64,000 nucleotides of DNA from Eledone cirrhosa (GCA_964016885.1 OZ024742.1:158658001-158722000), one strand, 5' to 3'. Shown: positions 39,675-52,644, counted from the stretch's first letter. Program-made: numbers and translations. Notes: a model not told the origin generated them from the sequence alone.

Positions 39675-42600
39675 TCAGATATTCAGGACGTATCGGAGGG
39701 TTCTTGCCGTTCCAAGCAAGCATGCCTTTTGAAGCGTTCCAAAAAGCGTGAAGGGGCCGGCCGATTTTCTTTAACCATCCCTGGAAACCTTTGGAGATAG
39801 TCCCCAGTGTGCCTATGACAATCGGGATCACTTTGACTTCATGGCAGTTCCAAATCCTTTTCACCTCCCACTTTAGGTCCTGGTATCTCCCTCTCCTTCT
39901 CTTGCACTCTCGTGTCGAACTGGCAGGCCACATCCACAATCAGGCACGATCTTTTTTCTTTGTCCACAACCACCAGGTCAGGTCTATTGTGTTCCAGTTT
40001 TTTGTCCGTCTGTATCCTAAAATCCCACAGCACCTTCACCTGACTGTTCTCCATCACCGCCTCTGGCCTATGCTCATACCATTTCTCAGAATGTGGTAGA
40101 TTGTTTACTTTGCACAGGTGCCAGTGGATCACCCTGCCCATCACATCGTGTCTCCAGCCCTTATAGTGGGTCTGGGCTAGGTGTTTACACTCGGACACAA
40201 TGTGGGGCACAGTCTCCTCTCTCTCTCCACAGATCCTGCACAGTGGGCTAGCCTCCTCCTTGTAGATATGGTGCTTCAACCACTTCGTTTTGAGGGCCTG
40301 CTCCTGCGCAGCCATTAGCATTCCTTCTGTAGCCTTTTTGAGGTCTCCTCTTCTCAACCAGTTCCATGTCTGTGGATCTCTAAATTCAGTTTTCTCAAAG
40401 AAGGTACTATGAAGGGATTTTCCCTTAAGGCTGCTCTTCCTCCTTGATGTTATTTCCTCCTTGGATATCCCCTGGCCTACTGTCCCCTCCTTCAGTACAG
40501 CTCTGAGCATTGGCTCCTTACTATAGGTCACGTATTTGTATAGGTTGTTTTTCTCCATCTGAACACAGTCCTCTATGCTGATAAGACCTCTTCCACCCTC
40601 AGATCTCCTTAGGTAGAGTCTATCGACATCACTCCTCTTGTGGAACATGTTGTAGATAGTCAATAGCTTCCTAGTCTTCCTATCCATTTCTTTTTGTTCA
40701 GCAACATTCCATCTCAGAATTCCCGCACTGTACCTAATAATAGACACAGCTCGGGAATTTACTGCGCTTATGGCATTTCTGCTGTTCAGATGTGACTTCA
40801 ATACGCTCCTTACTCTCCGAATGTATTCAGTTCTTAACAATTCCTTCATTTTTTTGTTCTTTATGCCATCAGCCTCCAGAACGCCCAAATACTTGTATCC
40901 TTCCTCAGAGTCAATTTCCTTTATCATCTCACCTGTTGGTATCTGGATCCCGTTACTTCTGCTCAACCTACCCCTCCTCATCACAATGACTCCACATTTA
41001 CCAATACCAAACTGCATACATATATCACTGCTGAAAATACGGACAGTGTCAACAAGCACATCCAACTCCTTCTCACTTTTCCCGAAGAGCTTAAGATCGT
41101 CCATGAAGTGGAGGTGATTGATGGTAAGCTCTCCCCTTCCCACTTGTATCCTGCTCTCACTTTTCGCAGCATAATGGTCAAGGGCATCAGGGCAAGGACA
41201 AACAACAGAGGGGACAGGCTATCTCCCTGGAAGATACCTCTCTTGATCTTCACGCTTCCCAAGGATACTCCAGTTGATGTCAACTCTGTCTCCCAGGACC
41301 CCATACTCCTGCCCAGCAACTGTCTGATGTTATCTGCCACCCTGAAGATCTCCAGGCTTTTGGTGATCCAAGAATGAGGCACCATGTCAAATGCCTTTCT
41401 GTAGTCTATCCATCCCATGGCAAGATCAGTGTGTCTCCTCCTGCAATTCCTCATTACCATCTTATCAATAAGCAACTGGTCCTTTGTACCACGTGACTTC
41501 TTTCGGCATCCTTTCTGTTCGTCCGGTAACAAGTTGTTTGTGTGGAGGTGATGGTAGATTTCCTCAGACACAATGCTCGTCAACAGTTTCCACATTACGG
41601 GCAGACATGTGATAGGTCTATAGTTGGTAACATCATTACCCTTGCTTCGGTCTTTCATTATCAGAACTGTGGTACCTTTTGTCAACCACTCTGGCACCTC
41701 ACCCGACACCAAGCAGTCATTGAACATGGCCGTCAGCTTCGGGTGGAGGGATGTTAAATGTTTAATCCAATACCCCTGCACACCATCTGGGCCTGGTGAT
41801 TTCCAGTTGGTTAGTTTTTTGGCTTGCCCCTTAAGAGTTTCAACTGTGATACTCAAATCAGTCTGTTGCTGTGCCTGCTCACCGATCTCCCTCTGTACTG
41901 TCTCAATCCACCCTGCCTGGGCATTGTGTCTAACATCCTGCTCCCATATTCCTCTCCAGAATGTTTTAGCTTGTTCCGCCCCAGGGATCAAGTCGTTGCC
42001 TCTTTCTTTCCCCTCAAGCTGTCCAAACAGCATCTTCTGGTTGTTGTCGAACATGCGGTTCTGTTTATACTGACTGACTCTGTTCTCGTATCGCCTGATT
42101 TTGGCACTCTTTGCTACAATGCGTTGCTTCAATTCCTCTATGATAATATTTAGCTTTTTACTCCTAGTTTTGTATTTTATTTCCAGTCTATTTTTAGTGC
42201 CTATGTTTTTTAGTGTCCCATTCAGTAGTGACTCAAGCTTTCCTATGTCATTTCTCATTTCCCCGATTTGCCCACTCAGTCGCTTCTTCCACCACGGCTC
42301 TGCTCTTTCTTGTCTGTTGTTTCCTCTCGCTTTTATACCAAGTAGTTTCCTCACCGTATTTGCTGTTGCTTTGAGGATATTGTTGCACTGGTGAAGACTC
42401 CTCGCCTCAAGGTATGGGATGACTTTGTTTACCTTAGCTGTTGTTTCTTTTAACTTTTTCCTGTCTACAAATCTTAGGTTCATAGGTCTCCCACTATCAT
42501 TGTTCAACTCATCTACCACTAAATTTAGGATGTCAACCGAATCTTGTCCTAGCCCGTCAGCATTCATCTCCTCAGTGGCCGTATCTCTGTTCCAGGTATT

Positions 42601-43092
42601 ATTTATCTCAGTATTCAGATCATTGTCTGCTTCGGGTGGTTCCTCCGTTCTCAGGACCTCCTCACCTTCATTTCCCGCCGGCTCGCTTGTCTGGCATACT
42701 ACACCCGCCATCTCCAAGCCATTCTCTCTGCTCAGTTCCTCCAGTTCCAGCTCGCTTATCCACCCATTAGTTCTTATTACCCGAGCCTGCCCGGCCAATT
42801 TTTGTTCATCTAATTTAAATAAACCAATCTCGTTCCAGATGTTATGCATCCGTCTCCTGTAGCCCCTCTCCTTGGGGTTACTTTTCAGGTAGCATTGCAT
42901 AACAGTTCTATTCAATTCTTTCGTCCAGTTGGTTCTGGCCCCTTTCCTTCTTCTTCTTCCTCCAACATCAGCAGTATTTGGTTGACAGTCAGGTTCCTGC
43001 TGCTGAGCCAGGGGGCACCTGTTGGGTGAGAGTCTGTCACATGACGTTCTAGTCTCCATTTCACCGTTATTCGAACTGTTTATGTTCGATAT
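39675..43092 (-). pseudogene. R4/Dong polyprotein (RT, CCHC zinc finger, PD-(D/E)xK restriction-like endonuclease) with few lesions
   Basis: 692-aa and 434-aa ORFs joined by a frameshift near 41140. Start ATG is mutated to ATA at 43092; small deletion near 39890. Confidence 0.93.
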
Positions 43093-43424
43093 TTAAACAC
43101 TCTTATCGAGGATTGGCGAACGTATGTTTACATAGCCATCTGTGGATCCGCCATCCCACTTGGCCCTTGTGTGGCATTATCACCACGCTGTATACGGACA
43201 CACATAAACAAACAAACACACGGGCAGAAAGGGCCCCAAAAATGAATAAGCATAAGTTTCATTGTAATGTAGTATTCGAATGTCTGACTTAGTTTTTGTT
43301 TTTTAAGTTTTACTTTTTCCCCCCTCTTCTCTGTCCGTCCGCCTGCTTCTCTCTTCATTCTTATTTTCTTTACGTTTTTGGGATTTCTTTTTTTGTTTTT
43401 GTTTTTCTCTGTTTGTTTTTCTCG

Positions 43425-43462
<38 letters not shown>

Positions 43463-43660
43463 GCTGTGCTGCTTTGGTTTTGTTGTTTGTTTTTTCTTTT
43501 TTCTTTTGAGTCTATCTATATATTTTGATGCCTTCCTCTTTGTTAGTAGTAGGAATTCTATAATGTGGAAGTGGCAGCCAGCAGAGACTGGCGGCGTTGG
43601 CGATACTGAGACAGTGGTGGTGGTGATGTCGATACCGAGGCAGTGGTGACGGTGATGCGA

Positions 43661-44313
43661 CCGTATTACTGTAGTGATGGTGCTGTAGCGGTGGCAGCAG
43701 CAGTGAAGGAGTCAAGGGGTGGTGGCGGCGGTGATGGGATAGTGGTGGTAATGATGGCCGTAGTGAGCGGTGGCGGTGAAGGTGAAAATGCTGTTGTGTT
43801 TAGTGTACACAGATGAAGGGGTGGGTGGTGTATCTAGTTTCTGGTGTTGGTGAGTTTAGCTGTCCTATATAGTGTAGCCAGAGGAGAGGAGGGGGGGGGG
43901 GGGGGGGTTCTTCTTCTTCCATTTATAGCCATTTTATTTTTTTTGGATATACAGTGTACAATACAAAGTTGAATATTTGAATATTTGAGCCGTATTACTG
44001 TAGTGATGGTGCTGTAGCGGTGGCAGCAGCAGTGAAGGAGTCAAGGGGTGGTGGCGGCGGTGATGGGATAGTGGTGGTAATGATGGCCGTAGTGAGCGGT
44101 GGCGGTGAAGGTGAAAATGCTGTTGTGTTTAGTGTACACAGATGATGGGGTGGGTGGTGTATCTAGTTTCTGGTATTGGTGAGTTTAGCTGTCCTATATA
44201 GTGTAGCCAGAGGAGAGGAGGGGGGGTTCTTCTTCTTCCATTTATAGCCATTTTTTTTTTTTTTTTTGGATATACAGTGTACAATACAAAGTTGAATATT
44301 TGAATATTTGAGC
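43661..44313. repeat. ~325-bp tandem duplication in the R4/Dong 5' region
   Basis: CCGTATTACTGTAGTGATGG starts at both 43661 and 43990; the units are nearly identical. Confidence 0.92.
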
Positions 44314-44479
44314 CTTATAACAATATATTTTGGGTCCGAATTTTTTGGGGCTCAAGCCGGGTGCTTTACGTAGCATTTGTACTAAGAGTTGTTATTTCAC
44401 AAATGATTTAAATATGTTAAAAATTCAAAACTTACGGAAGCGATTTCATGACCTCCGTCACCTCGTGCGTCTTCTTCCC

Positions 44480-44531
<52 letters not shown>

Positions 44532-44540
44532 GTTGTTATT

Positions 44541-46216
44541 ACTCTTTGAGTCCCAGTCGTTGATATTAGTTACCTGGAAAGTTTGTTGAAATGAATATCA
44601 AGCCACTACCTGCAGCCTCAGATATTCAGGACGTATCGGAGGGTTCTTGCTGTTCCCAGCAAGCATACCTTTTGAAGCGTTCCAAAAATCGTGAAGGGGC
44701 CAATTTTCTTTAACCATCCCTGGAAACTTTTGGAGATAGTCCCTATGACAATCGGGATCACTTTGACTTCATGGCAGTTCCAAATCCTTTTTACCTGCCA
44801 CTTTAAGTCCTGGTATCGGTTAATTTTCTCCCTCTCCTTCTCTTGCACTCTCGTGTCGAATGGGCAGGCCACATCCACAATCAGACACGATCTTTTTTCT
44901 TTGTCCACAACCACCAGGTCAGGTCTATTATGTTCCAGTTTCTTGTCCGTCTGTATCCTAAAATCCCACAGCAGCTTCACCTGATCGTTCTCCATCACCG
45001 CCTCTGGCCTATGCTCATACCACTTCTCAGAATGTGGAAAATTGTTTACTTTGCATAGGTACCAGAGGATCACCCTGCCCATCACATCATGTCTCCAGCC
45101 CTTATAGTGAGTCTGGGCTATGTGTTTACACTCGGATACAATGTGAGCCACAGTCTCCTCTCTCTCTCCACAGATCCTGCACAGTGGGCTAGCCTCCTCC
45201 TTGTAGATATGGTGCTTCAACCACTTCGTTTTGAGGGCCTGCTCCTGCGCAGCCATTAGCATTCCTTCTGTAGCCTTTTTAAGGTCTCCTCTTTTCAACC
45301 AGTTCCATGTCTGTGGATCTCTGAATTCAGTTTTCTCAAGGAAGGTACTATGAAGGGATTTTCCCTTAAGGTTGCTCTTTCTCCTTGATGTTATTTCCTC
45401 TTTGGACATCCTCTGGCCTATTGTCCCCTCCTTCAGTACAGTTCTGAGTATTGGCTCCTTACTATCAGTCACGTATTTGTGTAGGTTGTTTTTCTCCATC
45501 TGAACACAGTCCTCTATGCTGATAAGACCTCTTCCACCTTCAGATCTCCTTAAGTAGAGTCTATCGACATCACTCCTCTTGTGGGACATGTTGTAGATAG
45601 TCAATAGCTTCCTAGTCTTCCTATCCATTTCTTTTTTGTTCAGCAACATTACATCTCAGAATTCCCGCACTGTACCTAATAATAGACACAGCTCGGGAAT
45701 TTACTGCACTTATGGCATTCCTACTGTTCAGATGTGACTTTAATAAGCTCCTTACTCTCCGAAGGTATTCAGTTCCTATCAATTCCTTCATTTTTTTGTT
45801 CTTGATGTCATCAGCCTCTAGAACACCCAAATACTTGTATCCTTCCTCAGAGTCAATTTCATTTATCATCTCACCTGTTGATATCTGGATTCCGTTACTT
45901 CTGCTCAACTTACCCCTCCTCATCACAATTACTCCACACTTACTAATACCAAATTGCATACATATATCATTGCTGAAAATACGGACAGTGTCAACAAGCA
46001 CATCCAACTCCTTCTCACTCTTCCCGAAGAGCTTAAGATCGTCCATGAAGAGGAGGTGATTGATGGTAAGCCCTCCCTTTCCCAACCTGTATCATGCTCT
46101 CACTTTTCGCAGTACACTGGTCAGGGGCATCAGGGCAAGGACAAACAACAGAGGGGACAGACTATCTCCCTGGAAGATACCTCTCTTGATCTTCACGCTT
46201 CCCAAGGATTCTCCAG
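44541..46216 (-). mobile_element. 5'-truncated R4/Dong LINE, head-to-tail with the previous copy across (TAA)n
   Basis: ORFs 44618-45649 and 45621-46085 with FMDD, zinc finger and RLE. Confidence 0.95.
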
Positions 46217-47018
46217 GACGAACAGAAAGGATGCCGAAAGAAGTCACGTGGTACAAAGTACCAGTTACTTATTGATAAGATGGTAATGAGAAATTGCAAG
46301 AGGAGACACACTAGTCTTGCCATGGGATGGATAGACTACAAAAAGGCATTTGACATGGTACCTCATTCTTGGATCACTGGAGGCTGATGACATCAAGAAC
46401 AAAAAAATGAAGGAATTGATAAGATCTGAATACCTTCGGAGAGTAAGGAGCGTATTAAAGTCACATCTGAACAGTAGGAATGCCATAAGTGCAGTAAATT
46501 CCCGAGCTGTGTCTATTATTAGGTACAGTGTGGGAATTCTGAGATGGAATGTTGCTGAACAAAAAGAAATGGATAGGAAGACTAGGAAGCTATTAACTAT
46601 CTCGATTATGTTCCACAAAAGGAGTGATGTCGATAGACTCTACTTAAGGAGATATGAAGGTGGAAGGGGTCTTATCAGCATAGAGGACTGTGATCAGATG
46701 GAGAAAAACAACCTACACAAATACGTGATTGATAGTAGGGAGCCAATGCTCAGAATTGTACTGAAGGAGAGGACAATAGACCAGGGGAAGTCCAAGGAGG
46801 AAATAACAACAAGGAGAAAGAGCAACCTTCATGAAAAATCCCTTCATAGTCCCTTCTTTGAGAAAACTAAATTCACAGATCCACAGACATGGAACTGGTT
46901 GAAAAGAGACCTTAAGGCTACAGAAGGAATGCTAATGGCTGCGCAAGAGCAGGCCCTCAAAACGAAGTGGCTGAAACACCATATTTACAAGGAGGAGGCT
47001 AGCCCACTGTGTAGGATC
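46217..47018 (+). mobile_element. Inverted R4/Dong segments (DEQKG..PHSWIT joined to LEADD..CRI)
   Basis: Plus-strand matches to the RT and thumb regions; junctions at 46216/46217 and ~46377. Confidence 0.9.
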
Positions 47019-47019
47019 C

Positions 47020-48900
47020 CTTTTGGGGTTCTAAAAAAGAGACAATTTTGACTTTTGTAACTTAAGGAACCCATTCCCATTCTAGGAAGTCTGTCGACCT
47101 AATTCGTTAGTGCCTTTTCAGGCAGAAATCCCCCAAAAATCATTTGTTTTAACAAAGCCAAACAACAAAAATACAACATGACGTCAGAATCTTCTTCCCC
47201 TCTTTCACTCTGAATATTGGTGGCGACAGCCCCGTCGCCACCAATATTCAACATGCATGCGGCGACTAGGCGAGAAACAGCGACAACTACAACAATAACA
47301 ATAGCAGTAGCAACGTAACTAGTACCAATTCCACCACCACAACAACAACAAAAACATTGATATAAATAATATGAACAATAAAAACAACATCAGTGACATG
47401 AACTTCAACAGCAAGGAAAGCAACGACGGAAACAACAGCAACATCAAAAACAACAAGACCGATGGAAAACTCAATTACACCAACAACAAAACAGCAATAA
47501 AAACGTTCTAGGAGATCAGAATCGCAAATAAAAAAGAAATGTTTTTATTGTTACTGGAGAAGAAACACGGTGAATTGGCCCAGGCCAAGCAATAATAAAA
47601 TACGAAGGCGGGGGGTGGGGGTGCAGCAGTAATGGTCCCACCCGAAACAGTAGCAAAAAAGGCCAAAAAAAACTGGGCACAAAAGAACTTCAAAGAAGTA
47701 ATGATTGATGTAGTTCACATTCAAAGAGCCAGCGTCGAGATCATCTTAAAAGCGAAGACCTTACACAAAAACATTGGGTGATCCCCCGTCGGACTGAAAA
47801 GTTTATACCAATCATGGGCAACCTCCGGCCCGCGAAGCTTTCTGAATAGCTCGCCTAAGTCACCTAAGTGAAATCTTTCTGATTTTTTTACCCCATCATT
47901 CTGTCATTTTTACGATCGAAGAAAACAACGTGTACGAATTCTGAAGAAACAAATCAAAACAGCCAGAGTTAACACCCTTTTTTTTAATGTGGGCATGAAT
48001 GTAAATTAGCGCTTGCGGCCTGCCTGATGATAAGCCATATCTCATGCGGCCCACTTCTCGAAAAAAGTTGCCCAGGTCTGGTTTATACTATACTCAATCT
48101 ATCTCCCAAGGACAGTCAGGCTGCGAATACCAGGTATTCTGCAAGGCATGAACACTTGCTGTATTGTTGGCTGCGCTGTCATTGGAAATCCGGACACACT
48201 ACTTGAAATTAAACGCAGCGAAAGGAACAGTTGGTCTGGGATAAATCTGGAGATTCTGTTTCTTTGAAATAGAAAAGATCCCGGACCAAATACAGCTGAC
48301 CAGCGGAGTATTCCTCCGAATAAATATAGAAGGCAAACATCAAAGATGCCATCTATGTAAATCGACAAGGTATTTGAGAGTCTCTTGCCAGTAAAAAGCA
48401 GGAAACCAGAGCTCACCGCTACAACCAACACTTCGGCCTTAACAAAGGCAACAACAACAAGAGTATGCCACAAATACAGCAACAAAAACTCCTGCTCCAG
48501 TGACTGAAAACTCAACAAGACCAAAAACAACAGCAATAGTAGCTGAGACAATTACAGCACCAACAGCAGAAGCAGAAACACTGCCATCAACAACAATAGC
48601 ACCAACGCCTGTGGAAGACATGCCTCTCCCTGACGCCACACAGATAGATACGGATCTTGACGAAGGTAAGGAGTGGCAAGCTATTTACCACAAGAACAAG
48701 AATAAAAGGAAAAACTCTTTCTCTTCGCACTAACAAAATGGGGAGGGGGGCAAACGTAGGGAAAAGAAAGAAACTAAAGACTTAAAACAATAACTGTCAA
48801 CACCCACATAAACCCAGGCCTACCAGCCGCTAAAACCCCAAACAGGGAGTAACATGAAAAATGTGCTCCAAAACGGGGGAACATGATGCAAAATGGGGAA
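47020..48900 (+). mobile_element. Degenerate Tx1-like leader and ORF1 remnant
   Basis: ACA-rich ORF from ATG 47178. WSGINLEIL and INIEGKHQRCHLCKSTRYLRVSC parallel WASTDLEIL and ITVEGRKLHCFGCGSTAHLKASC in ORF1 at 18.9 kb. Confidence 0.7.
47809..48080. mobile_element. hAT (Charlie-like) MITE, 272 bp
   Basis: TIRs CAATCATGGGCAAC / GTTGCCCAGGTCTG; perfect 8-bp TSD GTTTATAC at 47801 and 48081; subterminal CGGCCC motifs. Confidence 0.9.
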
Positions 48901-49899
48901 ATTTACGTAATGAAAGCTATAACTATTTTCACAAGAGAAGACATTCTTCACCCACTCCAAAGGCTATTACAAGTATTCCCGTCGGACGGGGAGAGTTAGC
49001 AGGTTTGCAAACCTATTCAAGTTTTTTTTTATTTGTATTTTTAATATTTCCTTATCTGTCGCGAATAATGACAGGATTATTATGATAAGTTTCTTACAAA
49101 TTTCTAAGCCGTCAGTTTTGGGACGACAAGATTCTGGGGTATGTGCACCATTTGAGACATTTTTTCTGGTGGAAATATACTTGTTTATGTTCTGCATCTT
49201 ATTGTGCTTTGTTGCGAAGTTTAGTTTACTGTTTCTGGTGTTAATTTTGTATTTTGCTTTGTAGAATATGTGTAATGTGAATTACATTATTTTGTTAGGC
49301 AGTGAATATGTTCTTTGTGTGTTGAGTTATTGGTGTTATGCGTCACTGTGACAAATGTATGATGCGAGGCCGCTTTAACTTTAATGTGTTGTGGCTGTCT
49401 AAAATGTTGGCTGTGTGAGTTATTGGTGCGGCAGTGTTTGGTATCAGCGGCGTAAGAGTAAGTCTTGTGTTTTTGAAATTGAAGCTTATTGTAAAGAGTG
49501 TGTGGAGATTGCATTGTTTTATTCTTGCTATTGTGTTTTAGTTGTGGTATTCAATCGATAATGTATTGCATGTAGTGTGGCTTACCCTATAAAAGTTCAA
49601 TGCTTCAATTTGAATTGAATTATCGGAGTGGCTTCAACTCCAATTACCTTCACGTTTCAAACTTCTAGAAAGAAATTAACTATATAGTCGGTGCCTCGAG
49701 CACGTTTCTGTAGAGCAATGTGCATGCCATTTCAAATTTGGTTCCACGTCAAAAATACTTCTTTATTTGAAGCAACTAAAGTCAATGCAGTATTAGAATT
49801 GATGAAACTACGACTCACTTCCAAAATGTGAGCCCCTATACCTATATCATAAATCATAAATATTATTAACCGTTCGCTGAAAGGTAGAATCAATAATGT

Positions 49900-50080
49900 A
49901 TTGAACAAAATGTCTTGTGTTATTTAGTTACCTGTCTTTAAATTTTGTGTTCGATTTCTACCGATGTCATCTTTATTATTTTAAGTCTGATAAAAAAAAA
50001 TAAAGTACCAGTTATGAGATAATGTCGATTTCATAAATTATCTCCCCTCCCTACAATGTGTGACATTGCGTAAATTATTA
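49900..50080 (+). mobile_element. Decayed Nin/Deu-core SINE
   Basis: GTTCGATTTC box B remnant and GATAAAA..TAAAGTACCAG core. Confidence 0.55.
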
Positions 50081-50529
50081 TATCTTGTCACTGACGAGAC
50101 TGGAACTTCTACACTTGCGCTCCCGCGGAATGAATGCGTTCCACTAGCCTTCTTCTGTCAATATTCTCAGCGGAGAGCTCAGTATATTGTGATTGATAAT
50201 ATGTAAGAATACTCTGAGTCTGCAGATTATGTAGATATTTTTAAACGACAAACATATATAGACACAGGCACTTTTCCTCGCAGCTTCCTTCTTTGACCAA
50301 TGGTTCTGTAACAAGCGAAAACTAATATTGGACGCCACGTATGATGTCAGGGGGCTCACAGTTCTCCATCAGAAGATAATGTGGTCGTAGTACATCAATA
50401 CTTGCATTCTAATGAGAGCTAGTGGTGGGAAACACTGACGGCGCCTTTATTAAAACTCTGATCATCGAAGAAGATTAACAGAACTGTTTATCCAAAAGAA
50501 CCGGTGGTTATTATAAACGTTCATGTATC

Positions 50530-50800
50530 CTTGGACAGTAAGGTTGTCAGTTTGATTTCTGGCGGCAGGCTGTCCTTTGAAAAAGTCACTTTATTTCACG
50601 TTGTTCTTGTCCACTCAGCTGTACCTGTAATTAAAATGACCAGGCTTGACACATTTTTGAAACGCTGAAACCTACTTAGAATTACTTTAAATCTGCATAT
50701 GTCTGTGGAATGCTTAGCCACTTTCTGGAGCAGGTTAAACCGTTGATCAAACAATTGGAACACTCATCGTGGAAACCGATGAAGGTCCAACGCATGGTCT
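50530..50800 (+). mobile_element. Decayed SINE related to 5629-5972
   Basis: CACTTTATTTCACGTTG..GTCCACTCAGCTG core. Confidence 0.5.
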
Positions 50801-51599
50801 TTTGTAGCAGTTCAATAGTGCTGTTTTGTTAAATTAAATGCATTCATTTTTTATGAAATTATCATTTGGTAAACATTCATGAAAATCCTCTACATTACGC
50901 ACATTCACACAAACATGCACAACATTAAAGCAAAAAAATAAAACATGCACTCGTAAATATTTCAAAATTTGCCTGGCAACAAAAATTTGCTGTGTTCTTT
51001 TATTACTGTCATTATTCGTCAAAGCCACAAACTGTAATTTTTAATTGTTTGTTAAGTTTAATTTACAATTGATTATTTTTAAAATATCTGCCTGGTGCTA
51101 GGCAAATATATTAGCATTGAAAGCAAGTTTGCGTTTGATTTTGTTTATATAAGTTAAGCCAGAAAAGGAGCAAAGATTTTGTCCTTTGCAAATCCTTCAT
51201 TATTTGCAATATTGATACAGCTTAAGCCCAATGTCAGCAGGAAACATGTGGAAGTGGGTCGACAGTCTGGTTAGAACGTGTCCAACAAAAGGAACTGCAC
51301 TATCAGCATTCGACTACCAAATGCTGGGGTTAAACCGCTTTTCATTTTAGGCTTACAAGCCAAGTTTTAGATTCACAAACACATGATCAGTCTGTTACAA
51401 TGGGACGTGATATAGTCTCCATTTCATATGCCTAACTTATACTATTATACACGCAGGATTACATATCCACCCACTTCAGATATATATGTATATGTATATA
51501 CATCAATAACAAGACTTGAGCAAGATTTATACGTCCCAAATTTAGATATTCACTTCAACTAAATATCTGTTTGAATTCAACTGTACATGTGCCAACCAA

Positions 51600-51601
<2 letters not shown>

Positions 51602-51673
<72 letters not shown>

Positions 51674-51775
51674 TATATAGATAGATATAACTCAGACCTT
51701 TATCCATCCCACTCTGCACTGCACCATCGAATATTACTCTGATTTATAGTCTTCCCGAACCTGGTTCCAGAAACA

Positions 51776-51863
<88 letters not shown>

Positions 51864-51910
51864 ATGTGTGTGTGTGCGTATGTGTGTGTGTATGCGCGTG
51901 TGTGTGTGTG
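51602..51910. repeat. (CT)n and (GT)n microsatellites
   Basis: Seen directly at 51602-51672 and 51782-51910. Confidence 0.95.
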
Positions 51911-52443
51911 AATGTATATATATACTGGAGGGTTATAGGGGAGGAAGTGAAGGAACTGAGTATCATGGGGTCGTGGAGATTATTGGTGCGCTTAAAGGCG
52001 GTGATTGGTGGGTTTGGACAGAAGCGAGAATTGATGGGGTTAGAAGAAAGTGTGCGGAAGCAAAGGAGGATATGTCGCTGGAGTGGTAGGGTGGTGGTGT
52101 TGTAGGTGAGGAGGAAAGAAAGGTTGATGTTGGAGCGGTGGTGGTGTTAGAGGGTTGTGGTACAGTCGGTTTCACGGGCGCGGGTGAGGGCAGCTTGGAT
52201 TAGGATGGGGGATGTCCATGCTGGTTGAAGCGGGAAGCCATGTGTTGGGACTGGGACTCGAAATCGTGATCCTGGCTACAGAGCCGACGAAGACGGAGGA
52301 ATTGGGAGAAGAGTATGGATAGTTTGGTGTGGGTGGGTGGGTGGGGGGGAGAAGATGAAGACTATATATATACACACATACATGCATACATACATACATA
52401 CATACATACATACATACATACATACATACATACATACATACAT

Positions 52444-52623
52444 GCGGACAAAAAGCGCAGCTCCCTAATTCATAGACTACAAATGGCTGCGATAGCTGGC
52501 ACCTTCAAAATTTGCAAAACATTCTTGCGATTCAAGGGATGACAATTTCTTTTCTTTTACAACCTTGCCACCAGGAAGGTGGCCGGTCAAAAAAATATAC
52601 TCGAAATTAAGAGAAAGAGAAAA
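52444..52623 (+). mobile_element. Very short 3' end of an R4-like LINE inside (CATA)n
   Basis: LIHRLQMAAIAGTFKICKTFL* then a short UTR; (CATA)n on both sides. Confidence 0.7.
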
Positions 52624-52644
52624 CATACATACATACATACAAAT

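Larger units (their letters stand above)
39601..44479 (-). mobile_element. Near full-length R4/Dong LINE between two (TAA)n tracts
   Basis: 5' leader, long RT-ZnF-RLE ORF and short 3' UTR; microsatellite on both sides. Confidence 0.96.

Noticed and set aside
44330-44479. HDV-like ribozyme at the R4 5' end, as in R2
   Set aside because: I could not build the nested double pseudoknot by eye; a covariance or descriptor search is needed.
25885-46618. Many antisense ORFs overlapping LINE ORFs
   Set aside because: Shadow frames of RT coding sequence with no independent motifs.
50085-50200. CTGACGA followed by a hairpin
   Set aside because: No correctly placed GAAA, stem III or stem I partner.
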